In this document: positions 1-10,528 of the stretch, piece after piece
Layout: the number at the start of each line of letters is the position of its first letter
Numbering within the stretch: the first letter of the stretch is position 1
Assembly (NCBI GenBank): GCA_003487265.1
Contig: DNEP01000006.1
Location: 3,276-67,275 of the forward strand
Source of the DNA: Minisyncoccota bacterium
GTDB taxonomy: Bacteria; Patescibacteriota; Microgenomatia; UBA1400; UBA12028
Direction of reading: 5' to 3'
Length of the DNA: 64,000 bases
Position numbers and translations under genes: made by a program
Notes under the pieces: generated by a model
Databases searched by the model: none
The model's input: only the letters and a program-made list of their open reading frames with translations
Told to the model about the DNA's origin: nothing

Positions 1-33
1 TTTTTATCTCCCTTTTTAAATTTGCCATAACCT

Positions 34-906
34 TCACACTCTTTTCATAATGTCCTGAAACGCCTTCATCACTCCAACGTCTCTTTTTGTAGGATGAAAA
101 AATGCCTGGTGTTGGAAAATTAACTCATTCGATATCGATGAACTCATGATAATTTTCTGCATTGATCGAAAAAACCATTCAATCCCACGGGGGAAAATAT
201 TTGTCTGTTCAACAATCCTCGCTGTATTTGATTGATCGGGAATCGCGTTCGCAAATATCGAGTGCATCCAGGTGTTTTTTTGCAACAATCGCTCAGAAAG
301 CTCAAGCGGACATGCGATTGGTTGCGCTTGAATCAACTCGCGCGCCGAGTACAGCGTTTGTTTTTCGAGTGGTAGTTCAAGCGTTGACTCATCCATCCAC
401 AAATTCGTACAGGCTTTTTTTTCAAGCTCCTTATTCGCAAGATCATTTTTCCCACGATAGAGCCCAACGAACTTCAAAAAAAGAACAACAAGAAAGCGAG
501 TCGTCCACATCAGTCCTTTCCGAGTAATCACAACAAAATCAAGATCATCGTAGGATTGCACTGCTCCCGCACCCAAACTCCCCGAAAGCAACACTCCCCG
601 CACACCCCAGACTCGTGCAATACACAACCCTACGGATCGCGCGTATTCCAATTTTTCTTGAAATTTTTCTCTATCCCGTATTCTTTTCTCTGCCCAAGCG
701 CTGGTACCTGGAAAAAAATAATACTCGCGGACTTTTGTTATTTTCTTCGCGCGCTCTAACATAACGAGTGAACGCGAAAGTTCGGCGCGAGAAAACGGTT
801 TTTCGGTCTGCGAAAAACGAAAAATCTCTTCAAACGTCAAAGGAAAAGAAAACACAGCAGAATATCCAAGCGCCTTGATGCATGCAGAAGAAATGCGAGA
901 ATTCAT
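34..906 (-). CDS. Nucleotidyltransferase-domain protein (Pol-beta superfamily, CPR-type)
   Basis: LLSGSLG..DDLDFVVI (GS + DxD motif) after an N-terminal wHTH-like region. Confidence 0.7.
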   Translation of the reverse strand: MNSRISSACIKALGYSAVFSFPLTFEEIFRFSQTEKPFSRAELSRSLVMLERAKKITKVREYYFFPGTSAWAEKRIRDREKFQEKLEYARSVGLCIARVWGVRGVLLSGSLGAGAVQSYDDLDFVVITRKGLMWTTRFLVVLFLKFVGLYRGKNDLANKELEKKACTNLWMDESTLELPLEKQTLYSARELIQAQPIACPLELSERLLQKNTWMHSIFANAIPDQSNTARIVEQTNIFPRGIEWFFRSMQKIIMSSSISNELIFQHQAFFHPTKRDVGVMKAFQDIMKRV

Positions 907-3135
907 TTATTGAAGTCCATAAAACTGAAGGGTCTTCACAATACCAAGTTGTGCCGTTGCGAGCGCTGATTCTGGCTCAACACCATTCACCGCCACGGCC
1001 GTCACCGCATCCTCAAGGTATTTTACAATTCGATCATTAATCCCCGTGTCGTGCGTGTCGGTGTTTGCGTACCATGATTTTGCCTGAGTTGTGCTTGAAA
1101 CAACTGCCCCAACAAATGGATCATCTTTTAACTCATCCAAAAGATCTTTTCGCGCGTACACCTCTCCAAATAGTCTTGGTGTTTTTTCTAACGCAGATCT
1201 GTACATTTTCGTCTGTTGCTCTTTCGAAGATAAAAACTGAAGAAACATCCATGCGCCATCTTTCTGTTTTGATTCTCGCGACACGCCTTCGACCCAGTAA
1301 TTCGCATAGTTCACGGTTGTCGTTTCAAGTTGTGGCACCGGAGCCATTCCAAAATCCAACGATGGGCTTTTTTGTCGAATCTCAAATGCTCTCCAAGAAG
1401 GCGCAAGTATCATTGCAACTTTTCCATCAGCAAACGCGGTCACCGAGTTGGGAAGTGTTGCATCCCACACTTTATCGGTTGTGGCAAATGATGTGTAGTA
1501 TGTTAATGCGTCAATTGCGGATTGAGAACTAAAATCTTTCATGTCCGCACCGTTCTGCATCATCAATAACGCGAGGATTTCAGAAAAATGATCAACATTT
1601 GTTGAAAGACCAACCGCTGCACCAGCACGTTCGATCTTTTTGCTTGTGTCGGCGGGTAATCGAAGCGCGGTCGCAGACTCACTAAATTCTTTCCATGTTG
1701 TTGGGGCTTCAAGCCCCGCTGTTGCAAAAGCTTGCTTGTTATAAAAAAGAACAAGCGAATCATACTGCAAGGGAATTCCCACCAATCCATCTTTTGTTTT
1801 TAAATCGGTGAGCGCAACCGGCAAAAATGTTTGATCAAACGTCAGCGAAGTAAAGATGTTGCTTGGAACAACAGCCAACTGAGACTTTAGCATTGGAACC
1901 CATGTTGCATGGTATCGAAAAACATCGGGCCCTTTCCCAGAAGAAATCGCGTCTTGCAACCGTTCGCGATAATCTTTTGAGGATTGTTGAACATAGCTCA
2001 CGGTAAATGTGGGGTTCTTCTGCTCGAACTCCGCAATCAATGGTTGCATGACAGCCGAAGACTCCCACAATCCCCAGTAGGTGATTGTTTTTTTTGTGGA
2101 TGAGGGTTTTTTATCTGAAGTCAAAGATTCAAGTGGACCCGCATTGGGAGATTTTGAAAAAATACCAAAAATCTTATCTGCAACAAACGCCAACACTCCA
2201 AAGAGTAATACAATTCCTACAATGAGTGGTAAAAATCGAAAAGGAGATTTTTTAACATCATTTGGAGTTGCATCCTCTGCGATTGGCTTGGGTTGCTCAA
2301 CGTTGGCGTCTGAAAGGGGAGCATCTGGAATTGGCGCAGATTCCACAGGTTGCGATGGTTCGGCGGGCTGCGGTGCTTGGAAAGGTTCTGGAAAAGACTG
2401 CGGTTGTTCGAAGGGTTGAGGTTGTTCAAGTGGTTGCGGTTGTTCGGATGATAATGGCTGTTCGGATGGTTGCACAGGCATCTCTTGTTGGGGAATCTGC
2501 TGTTGTCGTTCAATTGGATATTCGAGTGATGGCTCAATTGGTTGAACGTCGAAGGTATCAGCAGGAGTATATCCCGCAACAACCGGCGGTGTTTTTTGAT
2601 CATCAGAAGAAAAAACATCGACAGGAATCGGGAGATCTTGCGCGATGGATGGTGCGGACGAAAAAGGTTCTTGTGGTGCGGGAGGTTGAGGCTGCACTTC
2701 AGGTTGCAACTGTTCAAGCGGGGCCTTCTGTTCCGACGTGTTTTGAACTGTTCCCTGCCACGATTGATTGGGAACAGGTTGTTCTTGCGCGATATCTTGT
2801 GAACTGAGCTCTGCGGTTGGCGCATCTTCACCAGTTTCAGTTTCTACAGGAGACGAAGGTTCGGGTATCGCGGGATCCGCTTGCGGTGAAGACATTTTTT
2901 TCAAGTCTTCATTCATGGTGCGAAGCATCTCATTTAAATCGGAGGAAAGTGGGTCTTGATCCGAAGAAGACTTTTCGGGGGCGGATTCATCAACAGTAGG
3001 AGGGATTGGCGCTTGAAACACATCAGTAACAGAAGTTGATGCATCATTCCCATCATCTAGCAATTCAGGTTCTTCTGCCTGAGAAAGCGTTGCGGGAAGA
3101 ATTGGTGGTGGAAGGGTTTGGGCATCGTCTGGCAT
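907..3135 (-). CDS. Membrane-anchored extracellular solute-binding protein (family 1) with long Pro/Gln/Glu-rich N-terminal region
   Basis: TM (FLPLIVGIVLLFGVLAFV), then ITYWGLWE, GKGPDVF, GIPLQYDSLVLFYNK, APTTWKEF, FADGKVAM; start placed at MPDDAQ. Confidence 0.85.
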   Translation of the reverse strand: MPDDAQTLPPPILPATLSQAEEPELLDDGNDASTSVTDVFQAPIPPTVDESAPEKSSSDQDPLSSDLNEMLRTMNEDLKKMSSPQADPAIPEPSSPVETETGEDAPTAELSSQDIAQEQPVPNQSWQGTVQNTSEQKAPLEQLQPEVQPQPPAPQEPFSSAPSIAQDLPIPVDVFSSDDQKTPPVVAGYTPADTFDVQPIEPSLEYPIERQQQIPQQEMPVQPSEQPLSSEQPQPLEQPQPFEQPQSFPEPFQAPQPAEPSQPVESAPIPDAPLSDANVEQPKPIAEDATPNDVKKSPFRFLPLIVGIVLLFGVLAFVADKIFGIFSKSPNAGPLESLTSDKKPSSTKKTITYWGLWESSAVMQPLIAEFEQKNPTFTVSYVQQSSKDYRERLQDAISSGKGPDVFRYHATWVPMLKSQLAVVPSNIFTSLTFDQTFLPVALTDLKTKDGLVGIPLQYDSLVLFYNKQAFATAGLEAPTTWKEFSESATALRLPADTSKKIERAGAAVGLSTNVDHFSEILALLMMQNGADMKDFSSQSAIDALTYYTSFATTDKVWDATLPNSVTAFADGKVAMILAPSWRAFEIRQKSPSLDFGMAPVPQLETTTVNYANYWVEGVSRESKQKDGAWMFLQFLSSKEQQTKMYRSALEKTPRLFGEVYARKDLLDELKDDPFVGAVVSSTTQAKSWYANTDTHDTGINDRIVKYLEDAVTAVAVNGVEPESALATAQLGIVKTLQFYGLQ
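2384..2473 (-). repeat. Imperfect 18-bp intragenic tandem repeat encoding EQPxxx units
   Basis: ggttgttc at 2402, 2420, 2438 and ggctgttc at 2456; protein SEQPLSSEQPQPLEQPQPFEQPQSF. Confidence 0.8.
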
Positions 3136-3156
3136 AATACACTCGTACAAACAAAT

Positions 3157-4968
3157 ATGATCTCATTTGAGCATACACAGTTCATGAAAAGATTACAAGA
3201 ATATCGTCCGCTTGTTTTTGGAGCATCCGTCGCTCTTTTTTGTGTGTACCTCTGGGTTGAACTTGTTATCGGAAACTCGATAAAGATACTTCCATTTGTC
3301 AGCATAAACACTACTCGAATCGGCGGGCTCACTCCACAAGAAGCACAAACGCGTCTTGAAGATGTGTACAATCCAGAAAAAGTTCGCATATCGTTTGTCA
3401 TCGAAGTTGACGGGGTTGCGTCTGATTCGGCGATTGCGACAATGTCGGCAAAAGAACTTGGGCTTTCCTATCCTATAGATCATTCAGTTACGAAAGCATA
3501 TCAGCTCGGTCGATCGGGTTATTTTCTTCGTCGCATTCGCGAGATCTTCCAAAAATCTCACACGATCTCGCTCCAACCCGAATGGGATCGTGAGCGCCTT
3601 GATACGGTCGTCGACTCACTCCTCCATCAATACGAACAACCGTACACCCCATATTCTGTTTCGCTTGGGAAATCGGGATATTTTTCCACACTCGAGATTG
3701 AAGCAGGCACCTTTGGAACGACCAGCGATCTCTTAAAAACAACCGAGTCTATTATGCAAGCAGTTGCACATCTTGATCTGGACACAACCGACATGCATAT
3801 TCCTCTCGCGTATCACGCACACACCCCTCTCACATCCGAGGAGTACAAAACACTTCAAGAAAACGCAACGTATTTTGTTGGAAAATCTCCCGAACTCATC
3901 ATTTCAAACAAACACGCGAGTATTTCTGATCAGGAAATGATTTCTTTTCTTCATCCAAGGGGTGGATTGAACGGCGAAATACTTTCTCACTATATTGAGG
4001 AACTCAAAAAAAACATTGATCAAAATCCCGTTGAGCCTGTCTTGGAAATAGAACAAAATATCGTAGTGACATTTATCCCTCCCGAAGATGGTATTTCATT
4101 ACATTCCACGCAGGCGGTGCTCGAACTTCAGTCCGCATTAGAAAAAATGGTATCGGAAAAACCAAAAACACTCGATGCAATTACGCTTTCGTTTCAATCT
4201 ACCCCACCTACCCGCCCTCTCGAATCGACAAACACATTGGGAATCAAAGAGGTGATTGGGACAGGTGAGTCGTACTTTCATCATTCCATTCCCAATCGCG
4301 TTCACAATGTTAAACTCACATTCGATCGCATCCAACACGCGCTCATTCTTCCCGGAGAAACGTTTTCGTTCAATGCAACTGCTGGGGAAATTTCGTCACG
4401 CACGGGATTTAAACCCGCCTACGTTATTTCGAAAGGACAAACTGTGCTTGGAGATGGCGGTGGCGTATGTCAGGTCTCAACAACCGTTTTCCGTGCAACG
4501 CTCGATGCAGGACTTCCCATCGTGAAACGAAAAGGACATTCATATCGGGTGAGTTACTATGAAGAAAACTCAAAACCTGGATTTGACGCAACGGTATACG
4601 CACCCAGTACCGATTTTCAATTTGTAAATGATACTGCTCATGCGATTTTGTTACGTTCGTTTGTGGACACCGAGTTGCTCTACGCGCGCGTTGAGTTCTG
4701 GGGCACACAAGATGGCCGTGTAGCTGAAATTCAAAATTATAAACAATGGGGCGCTTCGCGCCCCCTCGCCACTCGATACGTTGACGACCCAACACTTCCC
4801 GCAGGAAAACTTCGACAGATCGACTGGTCGGCGCCAGGATTAAAAACATCGTTCGAGTACGTTGTGAAAAAGCCAAACAGCGACGGAAATCTCGAGGAGT
4901 CGCGCCAAGTTTTTTCGACCGTGTATCAACCGTGGGCGGCGGTATACCTGCGGGGCACGGGGAATTAA
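3157..4968 (+). CDS. VanW family protein with peptidoglycan-binding (PG_binding_4-like) domains
   Basis: NRVHNVKL, ILPGETFSFN, GGGVCQVSTTVFRA, GFDATVY, DFQFVNDT; N-terminal TM; start at 3157 or 3184. Confidence 0.9.
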   Translation: MISFEHTQFMKRLQEYRPLVFGASVALFCVYLWVELVIGNSIKILPFVSINTTRIGGLTPQEAQTRLEDVYNPEKVRISFVIEVDGVASDSAIATMSAKELGLSYPIDHSVTKAYQLGRSGYFLRRIREIFQKSHTISLQPEWDRERLDTVVDSLLHQYEQPYTPYSVSLGKSGYFSTLEIEAGTFGTTSDLLKTTESIMQAVAHLDLDTTDMHIPLAYHAHTPLTSEEYKTLQENATYFVGKSPELIISNKHASISDQEMISFLHPRGGLNGEILSHYIEELKKNIDQNPVEPVLEIEQNIVVTFIPPEDGISLHSTQAVLELQSALEKMVSEKPKTLDAITLSFQSTPPTRPLESTNTLGIKEVIGTGESYFHHSIPNRVHNVKLTFDRIQHALILPGETFSFNATAGEISSRTGFKPAYVISKGQTVLGDGGGVCQVSTTVFRATLDAGLPIVKRKGHSYRVSYYEENSKPGFDATVYAPSTDFQFVNDTAHAILLRSFVDTELLYARVEFWGTQDGRVAEIQNYKQWGASRPLATRYVDDPTLPAGKLRQIDWSAPGLKTSFEYVVKKPNSDGNLEESRQVFSTVYQPWAAVYLRGTGN

Positions 4969-5027
4969 ATCAAAAATCGCGAACACCTCGCATATTTCTT
5001 ACAACAAATCGTGAATCACGGGAAAAT

Positions 5028-6446
5028 CTACTTCATCAATTCTTCCATCTGAGCCTCGATCTCCTCTGCGCGCTTCTTTGTGTTTCCAAAAATAATATAT
5101 GCGAGCATGTGTTGCGAAAGCAGGTTTTCCGAGATCACAATAATACCTTCTTTTGTTTTTTTGTTATAGAAAATTGGTTGCAATCGATCAAGAACCTCAG
5201 TAAACGTGTATGTTTTTTTTGGATTTAGTGGATAGTTATTGTGAGACAACACGCAGGTGTCGTACATAAAATCTTTGTCAAACAATTCAACCGCCGTCTG
5301 ATACACATGCGTTCCACCTGTTCGTCGCACGTTCGATTCGGTTGCAAACACCATCCCATTTTTTCCATACGCAAAATCAACATCATAAAATCCACGATAT
5401 CCATTTTGCGCATATCTTTCGCCGACAAAAAAACCAACATCCATCATCATTGTTGCGAGCTTATCCGACACAACGTCATCACTGATCTCAACCCCTCCAA
5501 AAACACCGTTTTTGGAAATTCTCATTCCACAGTAGTACAAAAACTCAACTTTGCCAGATTTTTGTACCTTAAACTCCACATTTGGGAATCCTCCACCAAT
5601 CGAAGGATTCACAGAAATAAACTGTTCGATGATAATGGGAAACTTATCCCAGTATTGATCTTTTCGGAGGTATGTGAGAATCGCGAGTTCCGCTTGATCG
5701 TAATCTTGCGGAAGGTCTCCAGGACGGAAAATTAACACCCCCGCGCCCGAATGTCCCTTCGACGTCTTTAGAACGGCACCGCCTGTTTTGAGATACATTT
5801 TCGTTGCGATTTTCGCTGCATCGACTATTCCACTACACACGAAGCCATCCGACATGCGCAAATCTGGTTCAACGGCCGCGCTTTGTTGCACAAGCTGTCG
5901 AAATCCAGATTTACTCCCATAAAAATTGACTGTCCACGCATCCTGCGCTTCGGGTGCCTCTGGCGTATAAACCGAAATTCCCTTATTCCGTAATGCATGA
6001 ACCAACTCTAAAAATTGCGGAGAGGTTGTATATGACATTAACGTGAGCTTTTTCACCGAGTTTGCCCGCTCCACAAGTGTGTTCATTATTTTCGGATCAT
6101 GAAGAATATCGTCACAAATGACTCCACTATGTTTTGCAGGAACGAGAATTTCCAGAGATTTCGTGTTAAACAATGTGGTGTAATACTTGTGAAACTCGGA
6201 AGAAACAGGTTTTGGCATCACAATGGTGATTCTGTCCTCTTGAGCAAGAGAAAAAAGATCGCGATCACCAAGGTTCGCGTTTTCCTCAATTTCATGTGCG
6301 CGTTCGGTGGGATCAGAAATACTGGAGATAAATGGCCACACGTCTTCAGATAAATTGAAGATGTAGATTTTTGCTTCGTAGTGTTTCGCGGCTGGATTTT
6401 CGGATCCAGACTGCGTACCTAGAGGTTCTTCTTCTTGTTTCATCAC
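5028..6446 (-). CDS. ATP-grasp domain protein (Pgm1/peptide ligase-like)
   Basis: VLKTSKGHSGAGV, IIEQFI, GYRGFYDVDF, ESNVRRTGGTH. Confidence 0.7.
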   Translation of the reverse strand: MMKQEEEPLGTQSGSENPAAKHYEAKIYIFNLSEDVWPFISSISDPTERAHEIEENANLGDRDLFSLAQEDRITIVMPKPVSSEFHKYYTTLFNTKSLEILVPAKHSGVICDDILHDPKIMNTLVERANSVKKLTLMSYTTSPQFLELVHALRNKGISVYTPEAPEAQDAWTVNFYGSKSGFRQLVQQSAAVEPDLRMSDGFVCSGIVDAAKIATKMYLKTGGAVLKTSKGHSGAGVLIFRPGDLPQDYDQAELAILTYLRKDQYWDKFPIIIEQFISVNPSIGGGFPNVEFKVQKSGKVEFLYYCGMRISKNGVFGGVEISDDVVSDKLATMMMDVGFFVGERYAQNGYRGFYDVDFAYGKNGMVFATESNVRRTGGTHVYQTAVELFDKDFMYDTCVLSHNNYPLNPKKTYTFTEVLDRLQPIFYNKKTKEGIIVISENLLSQHMLAYIIFGNTKKRAEEIEAQMEELMK

Positions 6447-6534
6447 AGAAAAATAGCATACAGTATTTTTTGAAAAGTAAAAGATGGAAAATCAATCTTC
6501 GAATCAAGCGCTATACATCATCCCGTCTGCAAAC

Positions 6535-7035
6535 TCATAAAATACTCTGGATGACTTGTATTGCCCACTCTCTCGCTCGTTCCAACTCGCCATTAGAAAT
6601 CGGGCCTGTTTTACCCTTAACAATAAAACCTTCGGGGGGCAAAACAATCTCCCCACCTTTTTTCTGCAAAACATCGGCGATCTTTGGTGCAGCGTATCCA
6701 ATAGTTTTCAAAAGTGCGCGAAGCGCGAAGTTCTGCTCACGTTCAAGAAAGCGCGTATCAAAAACCGCAACTTTTTTGTGAGTGAGTGCGCCCAAAGGAA
6801 TCGCATCTAAAAACATTTGCATGCTAGGTTTTGCTCTCCCTCCATGCGTTGGAGAGCCAACAATCAAGAGGTCTGCTTCCAGCAAATGTTCTTGGGTCAC
6901 ATCTTGAACATACATCGCTTCAACCTTCATTTTTTGTCCGAAACTCTCTTTTTGTTGAAGAAGCGCATCCAACATTTCCAGCGCGATCTTTTTTGTATTT
7001 CCATACAAGGAGTCATACACAATAAGAATGTTCAT
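6535..7035 (-). CDS. Flavodoxin family protein
   Basis: IVYDSLYGNTKKIA, IVGSPTHGG, AVFDTR, GELERAREWA. Confidence 0.9.
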   Translation of the reverse strand: MNILIVYDSLYGNTKKIALEMLDALLQQKESFGQKMKVEAMYVQDVTQEHLLEADLLIVGSPTHGGRAKPSMQMFLDAIPLGALTHKKVAVFDTRFLEREQNFALRALLKTIGYAAPKIADVLQKKGGEIVLPPEGFIVKGKTGPISNGELERAREWAIQVIQSIL

Positions 7036-7080
7036 GTCATCCTTTCGCTAAACACGCGTTCTTATCGTATAATACCAGAC

Positions 7081-9354
7081 ATGGACAAAACCTACGATCA
7101 TCGACTTGAATCAAAAATATATGCTCTCTGGGAAAACGCGCACGCGTTCGAACCACAAGGAGATGGAGAACCATATTCCATACTTCTTCCCCCACCAAAC
7201 GCGAATGCCTCACTCCACGCAGGACACGCGATGTATGTGATCGAGGACATTCTCGTTCGATGGAAAAGAATGCAGGGATACAAAACGGTCTGGATTCCAG
7301 GAACCGATCACGCGGGATACGAATCACAATATGTATATGAAAAACACCTCGCAAAACAAGGAAAGTCTCGATTCGATTTTGATCGTGAAACACTGTACAA
7401 CGATATTTTTACTTTTGTACGCGAAAACTCGGGGTTGATTGAAGATCAATTAAAAAAACTTGGCTTCTCGCTTGATTGGTCGCGCAAAACATTCATGCTT
7501 GATTCTCACGTAGTTGAAACGGTATACAAAACATTCGAAAAACTCGCGCAAGACGGATTGATCTATCGCGACCACTACATCGTGAATTACTGTCCAAAAT
7601 GCGGAACAACATTTGCCGACTTGGAAGTGACCTATAAAGACCAACAAGATCCCATGTATTACATACAATACGGCCCATTTGTGATTGCAACAGTTCGACC
7701 AGAAACAATGTACGGTGATACCGCGATCGCAGTTCATCCCGCCGACCCACGTTACTCTGCATGGATTGGGAAATCAGTTGAGGTTGAAGGCCCCCTCGGC
7801 CCCACAACGCTTCCCATAATTGCAGACGATGAAATCGACATGGCATTTGGAACCGGTGTAATGAAGGTGACTCCCGCGCACGACCCGCACGACTTCGCGC
7901 TCGCGAAAAAGCACCACCTGCCAGTCATCAGCGTGATCAATACAAGAGGAAAAATTGAGTTGTCTGCAGTTTCAAATCTTTCAAATACAAACGCGCGCGC
8001 CGAAACAACATCAACGGTGCAGAATCTTTCAACCGCAGACGCGCGGAAAAAAGTTGTGGAGTATTACAAAGAAAAAGGCCTCCTCGTAAAAATAGATGAA
8101 AAATACACACATCGTGTTGCGGTATGCTACAAGTCGGGGCACCTCATCGAACCACTTGTTCTTCCAAACTGGTTTATCAAGATGAAGCCGCTGGCTGAAC
8201 CCGCCATCAACGCCGTACGAACAGGAAAAGTGAAGTTCTTCCCCACACGCTTTGAATCGCAATACTACGAATGGTTGGGGAAATTTATTGATTGGCCGAT
8301 CTCTAGGCAAACGGTCTGGGGAATCCGCATTCCCGTGTGGTACTCGACAACAGAAAACCCCGATCTCGCGATAACCTATTTGTCAAAAACAGGCGAACGA
8401 ATAACGGGAACGGCGCAAGAATTGCTCGCAACCACGTCGCTTGAAGAAATTGCAAAAGGACTTCAACAACTTCGCGCACCAATCACAGCAAAATATGTGA
8501 TTTCAAGTACAAAACCATCGGATGAATATTTACCTGAAACGGATACATTTGACACTTGGTTTAGTTCTGGCCAATGGCCACTCACCACGCTCAAATATCC
8601 GGAAGGTGAAGACTTTAAAACCTTTTATCCAACCGCTGTGCTAGATACGATGTGGGATATTTTATTTTTCTGGGTTGCTCGTATGATCATGTTGGGGCTA
8701 TACATGACCGGAGAGGTTCCGTTCAAAACTGTCTACCTCCACTCCATGGTCACCGACGAAAAAGGGCAAAAGATGAGCAAATCAAAAGGGAATGTAATAA
8801 ATCCCATTGAAATCGTTGATCAGTTTGGCGCCGATGCGTTGAGAATCTCGCTCGTCGCGGGAAGCACTCCCGGAAATCCAATCGCAATGAGTCGAGAAAA
8901 GGTGAAAGGATATCGCAATTTTTCAAATAAACTGTGGAATATTGCCCGCTTTTTTATCATGCAACAAGAAAAAGGGCTTGAAGAGTCTGGTGATTCTTCT
9001 GCGATAGTCGAAACATCCGCACAAATTATTGAAAAAACGAATACCCTTATAACATCGGTGACCAAAAATCTTGATCGCTTCCGGTTCTCGGATGCGGCAC
9101 TAGAACTGTATGATTTTATTTGGAACGATTTTGCGAACACCGCGCTCGAACAAGCCAAAGAATTCATGCACCAAAAAGAAACATTCGAGGTATTTTTCGA
9201 GACATATCTCACTTGCTTAAAACTTTTGCATCCATTTATGCCATTCGTCACCGAGTCTATTTGGCAAGAACTTGGAACTGCAAAGCTTATTGATCGCACA
9301 CTGCTCATTCAAACAGCGTGGCCTACCCAAAAACGCGCTAAAATGATCAAATGA
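7081..9354 (+). CDS. valS: Valine--tRNA ligase (lacks the C-terminal coiled-coil arm)
   Basis: PPPNANASLHAGH, GTDHAG, ATVRPETMYGDTA, GTGVMKVTPAHD, DWPISRQ, DTWFSS, KMSKSKGN; ATG 7081 lies 7 nt after TATAAT. Confidence 0.97.
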   Translation: MDKTYDHRLESKIYALWENAHAFEPQGDGEPYSILLPPPNANASLHAGHAMYVIEDILVRWKRMQGYKTVWIPGTDHAGYESQYVYEKHLAKQGKSRFDFDRETLYNDIFTFVRENSGLIEDQLKKLGFSLDWSRKTFMLDSHVVETVYKTFEKLAQDGLIYRDHYIVNYCPKCGTTFADLEVTYKDQQDPMYYIQYGPFVIATVRPETMYGDTAIAVHPADPRYSAWIGKSVEVEGPLGPTTLPIIADDEIDMAFGTGVMKVTPAHDPHDFALAKKHHLPVISVINTRGKIELSAVSNLSNTNARAETTSTVQNLSTADARKKVVEYYKEKGLLVKIDEKYTHRVAVCYKSGHLIEPLVLPNWFIKMKPLAEPAINAVRTGKVKFFPTRFESQYYEWLGKFIDWPISRQTVWGIRIPVWYSTTENPDLAITYLSKTGERITGTAQELLATTSLEEIAKGLQQLRAPITAKYVISSTKPSDEYLPETDTFDTWFSSGQWPLTTLKYPEGEDFKTFYPTAVLDTMWDILFFWVARMIMLGLYMTGEVPFKTVYLHSMVTDEKGQKMSKSKGNVINPIEIVDQFGADALRISLVAGSTPGNPIAMSREKVKGYRNFSNKLWNIARFFIMQQEKGLEESGDSSAIVETSAQIIEKTNTLITSVTKNLDRFRFSDAALELYDFIWNDFANTALEQAKEFMHQKETFEVFFETYLTCLKLLHPFMPFVTESIWQELGTAKLIDRTLLIQTAWPTQKRAKMIK

Positions 9355-9800
9355 GTATATTGCAAACGCGCTATCTGTTTCCACTCTTTTTACTGATCGT
9401 GGGGGGTTCAAGTGTTGTTCATATAAACAGCGCGCTAGTCGCACGATATCAATTTGTAACAACAAGCAATTCACGCGCGTTACACATGTTAGCAGAAGTG
9501 GGATATGAACAAAGCGTAACGAAACTTCGTTTTGCTCATCCAGAATTCTTCCACAACACGCCACCATTCACACGTGAGGTTGAAAATATTCTGAAACAAA
9601 AACAAGAAAACTGGAAAACCATCTTGCAAGTTCAGCCAACAAGCGAAGAACCCCTTTCAACACTCGCAGAATTATCGTACCAACTCAAATCACCATTAAA
9701 AGCAATGGACTATTCGTCACGATATCTCAAGTTGCATCCAAACGGAGATCGGGCGGAAGAAATGAAAAAGATTCAAGAACTGCTTCGGGAAAACGAGTAA
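9351..9800 (+). CDS. Hypothetical membrane-anchored protein with TPR-like C-terminus
   Basis: N-terminal TM; LAELSYQLKSPLKAMDYSSRYLKLHPN helix pattern; TAAAAT-N6-ATG. Confidence 0.6.
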   Translation: MSILQTRYLFPLFLLIVGGSSVVHINSALVARYQFVTTSNSRALHMLAEVGYEQSVTKLRFAHPEFFHNTPPFTREVENILKQKQENWKTILQVQPTSEEPLSTLAELSYQLKSPLKAMDYSSRYLKLHPNGDRAEEMKKIQELLRENE

Positions 9801-9811
9801 CACGCTACGTG

Positions 9812-10489
9812 TTATTTTGCCTTCTCTTCTTCCTTTTTCACACCATCAGCATCCAACTCTTCATCTTGCTTACCTTTTGCTGCAATCTCAATGTCTTCAA
9901 GAGTTGGGACGACTTCTTCAACAACTTCTTCTTCAGCATTTGCTATACGCACAAGAACTTCGGTTTCGGGAAGAAGAACCTCAACCTTTGTACGATCGTA
10001 TGGTAAATCGGCAACGGTGATCTCTTGACCAACCTCAGAAAGAGTATCAATCGAAAGAACAAACTTTTCTGGCAAATCCGTTGGAAGCGCCTTAGCCTCA
10101 ACTTCATCGCGTAATGTTAACAACACCGCCCCCTCTTTCACCGCGGGAGACTCTCCAACGATCTCGATCTCAATTTGTGCGGTAATCTCTTCAAGTAAGT
10201 TCACTTCTTGAAATGAAATGTGAAGAAGATCTCCCGTCACAGAGTCGTATGCAACTTCCTTAAACATAACAGGTTTCTCTTTTAATGATTCGACCGAAAG
10301 GTACAACACTCCACTATCTCCAACTTCTGCATATGTTTTGCTCGCCAATTTTGTATCGACTTGAATCGCGGTTGTGCCCTTTTCCCCATAAATATTCGCA
10401 GGAATAAGCCCTTTAGAACGAAGCTGTTTTACTTTTTTTCCAAGCAAAACTCGCTTTTCAACGGATAAACGGTGTTGTGATGATGTCAT
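9812..10489 (-). CDS. rplY: 50S ribosomal protein L25/Ctc
   Basis: LGKKVKQLRSKGLIPANIYG, LLHISF, GESPAVKEGA, ALPTDLPE, acidic tail. Confidence 0.95.
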   Translation of the reverse strand: MTSSQHRLSVEKRVLLGKKVKQLRSKGLIPANIYGEKGTTAIQVDTKLASKTYAEVGDSGVLYLSVESLKEKPVMFKEVAYDSVTGDLLHISFQEVNLLEEITAQIEIEIVGESPAVKEGAVLLTLRDEVEAKALPTDLPEKFVLSIDTLSEVGQEITVADLPYDRTKVEVLLPETEVLVRIANAEEEVVEEVVPTLEDIEIAAKGKQDEELDADGVKKEEEKAK

Positions 10490-10528
10490 ACGGTTCCTTT
10501 CGAAGAATGAGGACAGATTCTAGCATCC

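Noticed and set aside
3157-4968. Vancomycin resistance locus
   Set aside because: VanW-domain proteins occur widely alone; no vanHAX or vanRS here.
6817-7080. N-terminal extension of ValS in the ORF track
   Set aside because: Overlaps the flavodoxin gene on the opposite strand; homology and the -10 box support ATG 7081.
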